A stretch of DNA of 64,000 bases from an uncultured Desulfobacterales bacterium (GCA_947259495.1 CAMYLV010000004.1:128685-192684), one strand, 5' to 3'. Shown: positions 20,176 to 31,097, counted from the first letter of the stretch. Numbers and translations: made by a program. The notes: generated by a model not told the origin, from the letters alone.

Positions 20176-21351
20176 TTATGCTTTCTGTTTCTGAAAATTG
20201 CAGGTGACCATGGTGCTCACAGAGACGGAAGTCGCCATATGTCCGATGATGTTTTTCAGCGTAGATGATAATCCTTGATGTTCAGATTCTAGTTTTTTAA
20301 CATCAACGGCTGCTAATTTGAGGTTGTCTGCTGAAAATACCGCAGCGGAATAAGGTTCATGGCCCATGTCCAAAAATGGAATCCGCCCAAAAAAATCCCC
20401 CTTTTTAAGTTGCGCAAGCGGCACGTAACCATTATCGGTTTGACGCGCAATAACAGCATCTCCGTTCTTTATAATGAATAAACGCTCTTCTTCATGGCCC
20501 TGCTTGATCAGTTGCTTTTTGCCTTCAATATAGCTTTCGGGGTTGTTTTGATTTTCTTTTGTTTTAACCGCCATTTCGACAACCTGCTTCAGGCGGGAAT
20601 CGACGCTGTTTAACAGACTTTTAAAATCAGCCGAAACATTGGCCAGTTCGTTGGCAAGCAGCTGTGAATCCAACATTCCCAATTGCACGTTGCCCACAGC
20701 TTTGACCGTCGCAGTACGCACTCTGCCTCCGGAAATGAGAGCGGCGACACTCCCCAGAAAGGCGCCATCCCCTATTCTCAATATTTCAATCGAACCGCTG
20801 GCGGTCTGTTTGCTGATCTCTGCCATACCTTCCAGAATGACCCATATCCAGTCACCATGGTTGCCCTCCTGTACGATCTCATCACCGTCATAAAATCCCT
20901 CTTCGTCGACCACATAAGAGTAATCGACCAAAGGTCCTTTGATCAGGGGGACTTGGCCGGATATAGCTGCTGGTTCATCCTGGGTACTGGCGCCAGTCTT
21001 CGGGCCGAGTTTTTCGATTTTGCCCTCGTCCAGCAAGCGCAACCCGTCCAGGATAATTTCCATCCGACTTTTGTTAATGGTCTTCTCACAGCTGGGATCT
21101 TCCTGAACAAATTCAAATTCGCCATCCGTCCAACCGAACAGGGAAAAAATGGCATCCATACCGGACAAAGACCCGTTGGTGGCGTTTATGGGATTTCCTT
21201 TATCCAGATACACCAGTCCCGCCTCCGCTTTGTAGCTGCTTTTGACGCGCAACATACCGGAGCTGCCGTTGGTACCGAGTAAGTTCAATAATTCGCCCAA
21301 ATTCAAAAAATCCAGGCTTCCTGATAACGACACAGAGTTATTCATATTCAA
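20176..21351 (-). CDS. DUF4388 domain protein with two cyclic-nucleotide-binding-like domains
   Basis: N-terminal DUF4388 pattern (LSGSLDFLNLGELLNLLGTNGSSGMLRV...GLVYLDKGNPINA...GMDAIFSLFGWTDGEFEF). Two cNMP-like beta-barrels follow (IGDGAFLGSVAAL; KKGDFFGRIPFL). Confidence 0.75.
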   Translation of the reverse strand: MNMNNSVSLSGSLDFLNLGELLNLLGTNGSSGMLRVKSSYKAEAGLVYLDKGNPINATNGSLSGMDAIFSLFGWTDGEFEFVQEDPSCEKTINKSRMEIILDGLRLLDEGKIEKLGPKTGASTQDEPAAISGQVPLIKGPLVDYSYVVDEEGFYDGDEIVQEGNHGDWIWVILEGMAEISKQTASGSIEILRIGDGAFLGSVAALISGGRVRTATVKAVGNVQLGMLDSQLLANELANVSADFKSLLNSVDSRLKQVVEMAVKTKENQNNPESYIEGKKQLIKQGHEEERLFIIKNGDAVIARQTDNGYVPLAQLKKGDFFGRIPFLDMGHEPYSAAVFSADNLKLAAVDVKKLESEHQGLSSTLKNIIGHMATSVSVSTMVTCNFQKQKA

Positions 21352-21467
21352 GCGTGTTCAATCTTCAAGCGGAACAATTGACGCGGATGTGGCGTCCATT
21401 AACTGGATTGTACCATAAAAATGCCCGGTGTTAAAAATTAAAAAACATGCCGCGGTGCGAAAATCTG

Positions 21468-21492
21468 AAAACACGAAGAAAATTCGTGTTTT
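21468..21492. terminator. palindromic AT-flanked hairpin, possible bidirectional terminator downstream of mglA
   Basis: aaaacacgaa-gaaaa-ttcgtgtttt is a perfect 10-bp inverted repeat with A/T runs on both sides. It lies 64 nt after the mglA stop. Confidence 0.45.
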
Positions 21493-21555
21493 ATCGTTTA
21501 TTTACACCATTAATCAACTGCTTGGATTGCCGCTCAATTTTAAATAAATGACGGG

Positions 21556-22161
21556 CTAACTGAGCTCGCTTTGAACTGCTTGCATGACCAGTTTCATGCA
21601 GGCATGCAGCGCTTTTCCGACACCATCTCCCGTTAAGGCGCTGCCGGGAAAGGCGGGAACTTTCAGTTGACGATTGAGATCGTGCTCCATTTTCTTTAGA
21701 TCCATAATCGAAATATTTTCGTGTGAAAGATCTCTTTTGTTATACTGCATCACCAGCGGTACCTTAAAAATGCTGACGCCATATTCTTTGAGATTTTGTT
21801 GCAAATCTATCAATGATAACATATTTTTTTTGCGCCGGACTTCAAGCGAATCGGCCACAAAGATTAACCCATCAGCTCCTCTTAACACCAGCTTGCGGGT
21901 GGAACTGTATCGCACCTGTCCCGGTACGGTATACAGTTGAACGCGCAAGTCACATCCCCTTACTTTGCCCAGATTCATCGGTAAAAAATCAAAGAACAGC
22001 GTGCGATCACCATCAGTGTTGATGGAGACCATTTCTCCCATTACTTGATTTTTAAAGCTCTTATGGATATATTCAAGGTTCGTGGTCTTGCCGCATCGTC
22101 CCGGTCCATAATAGACGACTTTGCATTCGATTTGTCTTTTCTTTAGATTAACAACAGCCAT
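21556..22161 (-). CDS. mglA: MglA-family Ras-like small GTPase
   Basis: Closely parallels Myxococcus MglA by eye: CKVVYYGPGRCGKTTNLEYI, DRTLFFDFLP, LYTVPGQVRYSSTRKLVLRGADGLIFVADS, QYNKRDL. Confidence 0.85.
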   Translation of the reverse strand: MAVVNLKKRQIECKVVYYGPGRCGKTTNLEYIHKSFKNQVMGEMVSINTDGDRTLFFDFLPMNLGKVRGCDLRVQLYTVPGQVRYSSTRKLVLRGADGLIFVADSLEVRRKKNMLSLIDLQQNLKEYGVSIFKVPLVMQYNKRDLSHENISIMDLKKMEHDLNRQLKVPAFPGSALTGDGVGKALHACMKLVMQAVQSELS

Positions 22162-22495
22162 AAAGTCTCGCTTTGAAATATAGAGTTCTCTGATACTACT
22201 ATCGGGTCAGAGTCACATTTCCTTTAGATATAGAATATTTAGCTACCACCAAACCCCAAAAAAATCGGATGGCACCGAAATCATATGCTTCGCCTATAAA
22301 TGGCTATTTTGTCAACCCCAAAAAAGCCTTAAATTACTTTAAATAGTAATAATTTATCCTATTTATGTGTTTACTGTCAATATTTGCGAACCCGATAAAT
22401 CTGTTGACAACCGACAGATTTTTAGTGCAACCTCGTAACCATTCAAAGCAACGTGGTTATCTGGAAAGTGCCAGCCGTTTTCGTCCGATAATGAT

Positions 22496-22585
22496 CTCAC
22501 CACGAAGATCACGAAGATCACAAAGGCAGGCTGAATAAATTGACACCCCCTCTTCGGGTCCTTCGTGCCCTTCGTGGTTGAAAGA
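22496..22585. repeat. imperfect hairpin with CACGAAG units at 9-nt period
   Basis: Left arm accacgaagatcacgaagatcacaaagg. Right arm cttcgggtccttcgtgcccttcgtggt. The 7-mers pair and the 2-nt spacers mismatch. Located in the 530-bp divergent mglA/mdh intergenic region. Confidence 0.55.
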
Positions 22586-22645
22586 GACTAACCTGGGATC
22601 TCTGCAGAATCGTATAAAAAAATTCGACAAGTCCATGGAAATTAA

Positions 22646-23626
<981 letters not shown>

Positions 23627-23628
23627 CC

Positions 23629-23791
23629 GGTTCAGGGTTCAAAGGTTCACGGTTCATATAAAAAAGCCAGATGTCAGGTGTCAGTAAACAAAGAACAGAC
23701 GACAGAAATCAGAAGACAGACAGGGTGGTTTAGCCCTCCAGATTTACAACCTGTCTTCTGTCATCTGACCGCTGTCTTCTGAATCCTGAAG
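23629..23791. repeat. CAGAAGACAG-type long imperfect hairpin element, copy R1
   Basis: ggttca repeats, then gatgtcaggtgtcagtaaaca, then a cagaNNa arm (23695-24) facing cctgtcttctgtcatctgaccgctgtcttctg (23750-81). It is the reverse complement of R3 at 51217-51368. Located between the mdh stop and the uvrC stop. The last ~13 uvrC codons lie inside it. Confidence 0.7.
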
Positions 23792-25633
23792 ATATCTGTG
23801 CACGGCTTCGGCTGCCGCCAATGGGATGCCGGGAAGCGCATTGAGCTGATCGATGCTGGCTTCCCGGATTTTTTTTATACTTTTGAAGTGTTTCAGCAGA
23901 ATTGTCTTTCTTTTCTTACCGATGCCCGGAATTGCATCCAGTTCCGATTGCAAAGCGTCTTTGGTTCTACGCTTGCGGTGAAAGGAGATCGCAAAGCGAT
24001 GCGCTTCGTCTCTGATTCGCTGCAAGAATAGAAGCAGATCGGCGTCTTTGCCAAAGACGATGGGGTTGGTGCGATGCGGCTTAAAAATTTTATCTTGCGC
24101 TTGTCCTTTTTTTTCGTCTTTTTTGGCGATGGCAATAATATCAAACTGACCCTCGAGCGCCAGTTCTCGAATGACCGCCGAGGCAATGCTCAGCTGCCCC
24201 CTGCCCCCGTCGACCATCAGCAGATCCGGACGCGCTTCAAAATTGTGCTGCGCATCCAACTTTCCCAGCCGCCGGCTCAAGACCTCACACATGTAGGCAT
24301 AGTCATCCTGCATTTTTGCGGCTTTTATTTTAAACTTGCGGTAGGCCGATTTTTGGGGTTTTCCTTTTTCAAAGACGACCATGCCGGCAACCGGCTGGGC
24401 TCCGAAAATATTAGAGTTGTCAAAACACTCGATGCGTTCGGGCAGGCGGGACAATTTAAGCTTTTTTTGAAGCCGCAACAGTAATTCCATTTCAGCGCTG
24501 CGGGCTGCCAAGAACCCCTTGAGCTCGTTTTCAGCATTGTGTAAGGTCATGGCCAGCAGCTTGGCTTTTTCACCTCTTTTGGGGTGCAGGATTTTTACTT
24601 TTTTGCCTTTTACGGTTTTAAACCAGTCTTCGATCAGCCCCGCGTCCTGCATATCGATGGAGATCAAAATTTCGTTGGGCAGCAAAACGGGTTTCTCGTA
24701 ATATTGCCGCATAAACGTGCCGATGGCTTCCGCATCGGTTGAGATGGTTTCTTCAAAGCTGAAATGCTGGGTACCTTTGAGAAAGCCACCGACAACATTA
24801 AACACCATAACCAGGGCACAACCGTTGGACCGGACAATCGCAAAAACATCCCGATCCTGGAAATCGGTGGTGACGACAATTTGCTTTTCAATAGTTCTTT
24901 GCAGCGAAAACATCTTATCCCTGAGGCGCGCTGCTTTTTCAAATTCCTGGGCCCGGGCAGCCGCATCCATTTGTTGCTTTATTTTTGCGATCAGATCTTT
25001 GGTACGACCGTTCAGAAACATGACGGCCTCATTGACCTGCTCCCGGTAGACGCGCGGGTCGACATCCAGGCAGCACGGCGCCAGGCATCCTTCCATCTGA
25101 CAGTGCAGGCACGGCCGGGTCCGGGTTTTAAAATCCTTTGCACGACACTTGCGCAGTTTAAAGGTTTTGTTGATGGTTTTAAGGGTTTCGCGGACAGCAT
25201 GGGCGGAGGCGAACGGGCCGAAGAAATTCGCCTTATCTTGCCCGATTTTGCGCACGATGGTGAAACTGGGGTAATCTTCCTGCAGGTCCAGTCGCAGAGA
25301 AGGATACCGTTTGTCGTCCTTTAAGATCACATTATATCGGGGTCGGTGGCGCTTGATCAGATTGGATTCTAGAATGAGAGCTTCTTTCTCATTGCCGGTA
25401 AGGATCGTATCAAAATCAACAATCTTTTTGACCAGCACGCCGGTCTTCAAATCGGTATGGCCGCTGTTCTTAAAATAAGCCGCCAGACGTTTTCTCAAGT
25501 CCCGTGCTTTGCCGATGTAGATGATTGCCCCGACGGCATCTTTCAGCAAATACACGCCGGGCTCGCGGGCGGTAAGGGCTAATTTTTCCGCCAAGCTCGG
25601 AGCCGGCTCTGCGTTTGAGTTTTGTTTATTCAT
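23744..25633 (-). CDS. uvrC: excinuclease ABC subunit C
   Basis: GIY-YIG N-terminus (GVYLLKDAVGAIIYIGKARDLRKRL), UVR domain, endonuclease V-like region and C-terminal (HhH)2. 629 aa. Confidence 0.95.
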   Translation of the reverse strand: MNKQNSNAEPAPSLAEKLALTAREPGVYLLKDAVGAIIYIGKARDLRKRLAAYFKNSGHTDLKTGVLVKKIVDFDTILTGNEKEALILESNLIKRHRPRYNVILKDDKRYPSLRLDLQEDYPSFTIVRKIGQDKANFFGPFASAHAVRETLKTINKTFKLRKCRAKDFKTRTRPCLHCQMEGCLAPCCLDVDPRVYREQVNEAVMFLNGRTKDLIAKIKQQMDAAARAQEFEKAARLRDKMFSLQRTIEKQIVVTTDFQDRDVFAIVRSNGCALVMVFNVVGGFLKGTQHFSFEETISTDAEAIGTFMRQYYEKPVLLPNEILISIDMQDAGLIEDWFKTVKGKKVKILHPKRGEKAKLLAMTLHNAENELKGFLAARSAEMELLLRLQKKLKLSRLPERIECFDNSNIFGAQPVAGMVVFEKGKPQKSAYRKFKIKAAKMQDDYAYMCEVLSRRLGKLDAQHNFEARPDLLMVDGGRGQLSIASAVIRELALEGQFDIIAIAKKDEKKGQAQDKIFKPHRTNPIVFGKDADLLLFLQRIRDEAHRFAISFHRKRRTKDALQSELDAIPGIGKKRKTILLKHFKSIKKIREASIDQLNALPGIPLAAAEAVHRYLQDSEDSGQMTEDRL

Positions 25634-25643
25634 AACTATAGAA

Positions 25644-27638
25644 TTAAACCTCTAAGACAATCAGCTTCTTCAACCGCTGAATTTGATCGCGCAATTCGGC
25701 GGCACGCTCAAATTCCAGCACCCGGGCCGCCGCGCGCATATCGCTTTCCAGTGATTTAATCACCGCATCCATATCTTCCAGTGATTTGTATTCACTCAAT
25801 TCATCCGCCACCTCATATTTGGGTGTGACCGCCGCTTCTTTGCCGAAATCAAAAATCTGAGTCACTTCCTTGCGAATAGTTTGCGGTGTAATATGATGTC
25901 GCTGGTTGTAAGCTTTTTGAATTTTGCGGCGGCGACGGGTTTCATCCATGGCCTGGCGCATGGAACGGGTCAGCGTATCCGCATACAACAGCACCGTTCC
26001 CCGGGCATTTCGGGCAGCCCTGCCGAATGTTTGAATCAGCGATCGCGCCGAGCGCAAAAAGCCTTCTTTGTCGGCATCCAAAATCGCCACCAGTGACACT
26101 TCGGGTATATCCAAACCTTCGCGCAACAGATTAATGCCCACCAGGACATCGAATTTTCCGCGCCGCAGATCTTGAACAATATCCATGCGCTCAAGCGTTT
26201 TGATGTCTGAATGCAGGTACCGAACGCGAACGCCCAAATCAGAATAGTATTCCGTCAGGTCTTCAGCCATCCGTTTGGTCAGGGTCGTAACCAGGACCCG
26301 TTCATGGTGCTTTTGACGGTTTAAAATTTCCTCATAGAGATCGTCTACCTGGTTTTGGGCACTGCGAACCGTAACTTCCGGATCGATCAATCCGGTCGGG
26401 CGAACAATCAGCTCTATCACAGCACCTTTGGCGCGCGTCAGCTCATATTCAGCCGGGGTGGCCGAAACGTATACGACCTGGGATATCCGTGCCCGCGATT
26501 CTTCAAATTTAAGTGGACGATTGTCCAGCGCTGACGGCAGGCGAAACCCGTATTCGACCAGGGTCTTTTTGCGAGATCGATCACCCCGATACATCCCGCG
26601 CAACTGGGGGACAGCAATGTGGCTTTCATCGATGACCAGCAGATAATCCTTTGGAAAATAGCTTAATAATGTCGGCGGGGGCTCACCGGATTTTCGTCCG
26701 GTCAGATGCCGGGAATAATTTTCAATCCCGTGACAGTAACCGAGCTCCTGCATCATTTCCAGATCAAAATGGGTCCGCTCCTCGATGCGCTGGGCTTCAA
26801 TTAATTTTTTTTGATCTCTAAAATATTCGATCCGCTGTTTGAGCTCTGTCAAAATGGTATCAATGGCTTTTTTGCGGGTGACCTTTGAAGTCACATAATG
26901 ACTGGCCGGAAAAATGGTAACCCGCTTCAAGCGTTTGCGCACCTTTCCTCTGAGGGCATCGATTAAGGCAATGCTTTCAACTTGATCGCCAAAAAAATCG
27001 ATGCGGATTGCCTGATCTTCTTCGTAGGCCGGGAAAATTTCAACCCGGTCGCCCCGCACCCGAAAGACGCCCCGGTAAAAATCAACGTCATTGCGCTCAT
27101 AGTGTATGGAGATCAAGTCATACAGAAGCGTATCCCGGGCAAATTCCATGCCGGTTTCAACATCCACCCGCATGGCCAGGTAATCCTCCGGTGCGCCCAG
27201 ACCGAAAATACAGGAAACGCTGGCCACAACCACAATATCTCTGCGTGACAGCACCGAGCGAGTGGCTGAATGGCGCAGTTTGTCAATCATGTCATTGATG
27301 GATGAATCTTTCTGAATGTAGGTATCGGTAGAAGGGATATACGCTTCGGGCTGGTAATAATCATAGTAGCTGACAAAATATTCGACGGCGTTTTCAGGGA
27401 ACAGCTGTTTGAATTCGTTGTAAAGCTGGGCGGCCAGGGTTTTATTTGGCGCCAATACCAGGGTCGGCTTGTCGAGCCGGGCAATCACCTGGGCCATTGT
27501 AAATGTTTTGCCCGATCCGGTTACGCCCAGCAGCACATTGTGACGCTGTCCGTCTTTTATATTGCGGCTGAGCGCTTCAATCGCCTGGGGTTGATCGCCG
27601 GCTGGCTCAAAGTTGGAAACAAGTTTAAAAGCGGTCAT
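25644..27638 (-). CDS. uvrB: excinuclease ABC subunit B
   Basis: [17 protein letters not shown], Walker [14 protein letters not shown] box, C-terminal UVR domain (AAELRDQI). Start trimmed to the ATG at 27638. Confidence 0.95.
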   Translation of the reverse strand: MTAFKLVSNFEPAGDQPQAIEALSRNIKDGQRHNVLLGVTGSGKTFTMAQVIARLDKPTLVLAPNKTLAAQLYNEFKQLFPENAVEYFVSYYDYYQPEAYIPSTDTYIQKDSSINDMIDKLRHSATRSVLSRRDIVVVASVSCIFGLGAPEDYLAMRVDVETGMEFARDTLLYDLISIHYERNDVDFYRGVFRVRGDRVEIFPAYEEDQAIRIDFFGDQVESIALIDALRGKVRKRLKRVTIFPASHYVTSKVTRKKAIDTILTELKQRIEYFRDQKKLIEAQRIEERTHFDLEMMQELGYCHGIENYSRHLTGRKSGEPPPTLLSYFPKDYLLVIDESHIAVPQLRGMYRGDRSRKKTLVEYGFRLPSALDNRPLKFEESRARISQVVYVSATPAEYELTRAKGAVIELIVRPTGLIDPEVTVRSAQNQVDDLYEEILNRQKHHERVLVTTLTKRMAEDLTEYYSDLGVRVRYLHSDIKTLERMDIVQDLRRGKFDVLVGINLLREGLDIPEVSLVAILDADKEGFLRSARSLIQTFGRAARNARGTVLLYADTLTRSMRQAMDETRRRRKIQKAYNQRHHITPQTIRKEVTQIFDFGKEAAVTPKYEVADELSEYKSLEDMDAVIKSLESDMRAAARVLEFERAAELRDQIQRLKKLIVLEV

Positions 27639-27713
27639 AACGTCTCGGAATTCTAATAACACAGCGATAGAATAACACCGGTAACGAAATTCGTTCTATG
27701 CCACGTATATGGG

Positions 27714-27984
27714 ATAATGGAATACTGGAGTCTTGGAATAAAAGTCAAAAACGCATAACTGCTGTTAGAAGCAATTTCCTTCAATTTGAATGGAAAGTTG
27801 GTAGAATATTTAACGGCTCAAACATAAAGGGCAGTCGTATATTGTCAACGCTTGATATTTTTAATATATCGGTTGATGGTGTTTCGATAATTTATTGATT
27901 TATATAAACAATCATATATTTTTCAGTACCATGCGATCCCGACCTAATATTCCAGCATTCCATCTTTCCAGCATTCCAATTATG
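27714..27984. repeat. pair of inverted TGGAAT(A/G)CTGGA-unit arms flanking ~200 bp of AT-rich non-coding DNA
   Basis: Left arm ataatggaatactggagtcttggaataaaag (27714-44). Right arm ctaatattccagcattccatctttccagcattccaattatg (27944-84). Located between the uvrB start and the ispF stop. Confidence 0.45.
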
Positions 27985-28020
27985 AGCAGCAAACTAATTT
28001 AATTTAACCAGCCTGGCCGT

Positions 28021-28488
28021 TTAATCAATCAGGGCAATGCACATAGCGCCAATGCCCTCCCCTTTTCCGATCACCCCTAAACCTTCGGTGGTCGTCGCTT
28101 TGATATTGACTGCCGACGGTCCGATGTTCATCGTTTCTGCCAGAATGGTTTGCATGTCCTGGCGGTGGGGCGCGAGCCCGGGTGCTTCGGCAAATACGGT
28201 GGCGTCAAGATTGACAATCCGAAACCCCTTGTCGGTCAACAGCCGGCAGGTTTCGGACAGCAGTTTCAGGCTGGAGATGTCTTTATATTGCGGATCGCTG
28301 TCCGGAAAATAGGTTCCGATATCGCCCAAACCGGCAGCTCCCAGCAGCGCGTCACAGATGGCGTGTACCAGCACATCCGCGTCCGAATGGCCCAGCAAGC
28401 CCTTTTCAAAAGCAATGGGTACACCGCCCAGGACCAGTGAACGCCCTATTACCAGACGGTGGATATCATAGCCGATACCGACCCGCAT
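28021..28488 (-). CDS. ispF: 2-C-methyl-D-erythritol 2,4-cyclodiphosphate synthase
   Basis: MRVGIGYDIHRL...GHSDADVLVHAICDALLGA motifs. Start trimmed to the ATG at 28488. Confidence 0.92.
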   Translation of the reverse strand: MRVGIGYDIHRLVIGRSLVLGGVPIAFEKGLLGHSDADVLVHAICDALLGAAGLGDIGTYFPDSDPQYKDISSLKLLSETCRLLTDKGFRIVNLDATVFAEAPGLAPHRQDMQTILAETMNIGPSAVNIKATTTEGLGVIGKGEGIGAMCIALID

Positions 28489-28714
28489 ATTGGCATCCTT
28501 TCCCTCAATTTTCAAATAATCAATATAAATCAAGCCATTTATTGAATATCACAAACCCCTGCTTAAAGAAACCGGATTATGCTTTATTGTGCTTGACCGA
28601 TCCGCTTATAGCAGGTTATCTGTTGGCACGCTGATTTCAGATTTTATCATAAATTAAAAATTAAGATATTAAAATCGAAGTGGTTTAGGCTGGAAAAATA
28701 TAGGGTGCTCGATC

Positions 28715-30901
28715 ATGGATGTAAAACAACTGCAGGCTGCTATTCGAAAAGGGACCCGAAGCGCCATCAATGAAGCCGAAGCTAAAGCCCTTTTGAAAGA
28801 ATTTGACGTTCCGGTGGTGCCGGAAGCAATTGCATCGGATTCAGCGGAAGCCATCCGCGCTGCCGATGCGTTCGGCTATCCGGTGGTTATCAAGGGACTG
28901 GGCAGTGCATTGATGCACAAAACCGAACGGGGATTGGTAAAGCTGAATTTGTCTGGTCCGCAGGCGGTTCAAAAAGCTGTTGAAGCCATCATGGCATCGG
29001 CCGCTGATGATCTGGAGGGTTTTGTGGTGCAGCCGCAAATTCAAGGCAAAAGAGAACTGGTGGCCGGTTTGTTTCGCGACCCGCAATTTGGACCGGTTGT
29101 CATGTTCGGTATTGGCGGGGTATTCACCGAGGCGCTGGCCGATGTTAGCTTCCGCCTGGCGCCGATCACGGCAACCGACGCAGCGGAAATGCTGACCGAA
29201 ATTCGCGCCAGGGCCTTTCTGGGCCGATATCGAGGCGAAAAAGCCATCAATCACCAACCGATCATTCAAACTCTGATGGGACTTTCGCGAATCGCGGTTG
29301 AGCTTCCGGAAATTGCCGAGATCGATATCAATCCCCTGCTGGCTTCATCTGACGGCCGGCTCTGGGCGGTGGACGCTCTGGTGGTACCTGAGGGTGAAAC
29401 GCGTAAGAAACAGCCATTGCCGCCCCCTGTTTCTCCGGACGCCATTGGCGCCATATTTTATCCCAGATCCATCGCCTTTATCGGCGCCTCGGCCCAAATG
29501 GGCAAATGGGGGCACATGCTGATGGCCAACACCATCAGCGGCGGGTATGCCGGCAGGGTGTTTCTGGTTAATCCCAAAGCAGACACCATTGCCGGTCGTA
29601 AAACCTATCCAACCGTCTGCGATATCCCTGAACCGGTTGATCTGGCGGTCGTGACCATTCCGGCGGCCGGGGTGCTGGATCTGATTCCCCAGTTGCAAGA
29701 AAAAGGCATCAACAATATGCTGTTGATCACCTCAGGCTTTGGCGAAACGGGCAAAGAAGGCAAGAAATTGGAAGCCAAACTGGTGCGTGCCGCCCGCAAA
29801 GCCGGCATTTTAATCCTGGGCCCCAACACCATGGGTATCTGCAATCCGCATATCAATTTCTACTGCACCGGTTTTCCGGCCAAACCCAGAGCCGGTTCGA
29901 CCACGATGGTCTCGCAATCCGGCAATATGGGCGTTCAGCTGCTGGCATTTGCCGAACAGCAGGGCATCGGAATCCGGGGGTTTTGCGGATCGGGCAATGA
30001 AGCCATGATGTGCATCGAAGATTATCTGGACGGGCTGGAAGTCGACACCTTAACCCGCACAGCCGTGCTATATGTCGAAAGCGTCAAAAACGGACGACGG
30101 TTCTTTGAAAGCGCACGCCGGGTCGGCCAGAAAAAACCGATCGTGCTCCTTAAAGGCGGCGAGAGTCAGGCCGGCAAACGGGCAGCCGCCAGCCACACCG
30201 GGGCCCTGACCTCCGACAGGCGGGTGTTTGATGCCGTCTGCCGCCAGGCCGGCATTGTTAAAGTCGACGTGCCCATGGAGCTGCTTGATCTGGGGGCGGC
30301 GTTTTCATCGCTGCCCCTGCCCAGAGGAAATCGCGCGGCCATCATGACCCTGGGCGGTGGCTGGGGGGTGGTAACCGCCGATCTGTGCGCTCATTTTGGA
30401 CTCGATGTCATCGAGCTTTCCCCGGATATTATCGAAGCGATCGACCAGATCCTGCCGCCTTACTGGAGTCGTTCCAATCCCGTTGATCTGGTCGGTGAAG
30501 GGGATCCGACCATACCCAGGGCGGTTCTGGAGCTGCTGTTGAAATGGGACGATTGCGATGCGGTGATTAATCTGGGAATCGTCGGGCGCCGGCAGGTGCT
30601 GAAAAGCCACGGGGCGGCGGTATTAAAAGCCGATCCCACCTATTCAGCTGAATTTATCAAACAGATTCAACGGGGTGTTAAAAAATTCGAAAGGGATTAT
30701 ATCGCCCAGATCATAGACTTAATGGAAACGTATAATAAGCCCGTTTTTGGCGTCAGTATGCTGCCGGATGAAAAGCAACAGACCGTATATCCGCATAAAA
30801 AACACGCATTCAAGGGTGTGTTTTTCCCGACACCGGAGCGCGCGGTGGGCGCGTTTGCCAAAATGGTGCAGTATCAAAAGTTCTTGAGCGGCAAAAAATA
30901 A
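28715..30901 (+). CDS. ADP-forming acetyl/acyl-CoA synthetase (NDP-forming, fused beta-alpha arrangement)
   Basis: 728 aa. An N-terminal ATP-grasp-like segment (GYPVVIKGLGSALMHKTERGLV) is followed by CoA-binding and ligase-CoA domains (SIAFIGAS...GKWG, MVSQSGNMG, ASHTGAL). Confidence 0.8.
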   Translation: MDVKQLQAAIRKGTRSAINEAEAKALLKEFDVPVVPEAIASDSAEAIRAADAFGYPVVIKGLGSALMHKTERGLVKLNLSGPQAVQKAVEAIMASAADDLEGFVVQPQIQGKRELVAGLFRDPQFGPVVMFGIGGVFTEALADVSFRLAPITATDAAEMLTEIRARAFLGRYRGEKAINHQPIIQTLMGLSRIAVELPEIAEIDINPLLASSDGRLWAVDALVVPEGETRKKQPLPPPVSPDAIGAIFYPRSIAFIGASAQMGKWGHMLMANTISGGYAGRVFLVNPKADTIAGRKTYPTVCDIPEPVDLAVVTIPAAGVLDLIPQLQEKGINNMLLITSGFGETGKEGKKLEAKLVRAARKAGILILGPNTMGICNPHINFYCTGFPAKPRAGSTTMVSQSGNMGVQLLAFAEQQGIGIRGFCGSGNEAMMCIEDYLDGLEVDTLTRTAVLYVESVKNGRRFFESARRVGQKKPIVLLKGGESQAGKRAAASHTGALTSDRRVFDAVCRQAGIVKVDVPMELLDLGAAFSSLPLPRGNRAAIMTLGGGWGVVTADLCAHFGLDVIELSPDIIEAIDQILPPYWSRSNPVDLVGEGDPTIPRAVLELLLKWDDCDAVINLGIVGRRQVLKSHGAAVLKADPTYSAEFIKQIQRGVKKFERDYIAQIIDLMETYNKPVFGVSMLPDEKQQTVYPHKKHAFKGVFFPTPERAVGAFAKMVQYQKFLSGKK

Positions 30902-31097
30902 AGACGGATGGAAACCCGCCTGCACTGTCACTGAGATAAAATATTTTAAAATAATAAAAATAAGTTATAATCAAACTATCAATCAATACTTGATATTAAC
31001 TTTTGGCTTGTGCAGGCATCTGGTTTGTGATAAAAACCCGTTTCTTGTGAATTTTTTAAGGTTCCTGACACATTTGACATGAGGATCGCAGAAGATC

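Noticed and set aside
17692-21282. Long antisense ORFs 17692..18219, 18968..19567 and 20683..21282 (175-199 aa)
   Set aside because: Each lies fully inside a well-supported minus-strand gene (ParB-like, purC, DUF4388-cNMP) and has no motifs or start context.
27698-27898. 66-aa + ORF inside the inverted-repeat element upstream of uvrB
   Set aside because: It is AT-rich with Asn/Ile/Ser-biased composition, has no RBS and overlaps the left repeat arm. It cannot be supported as a gene.
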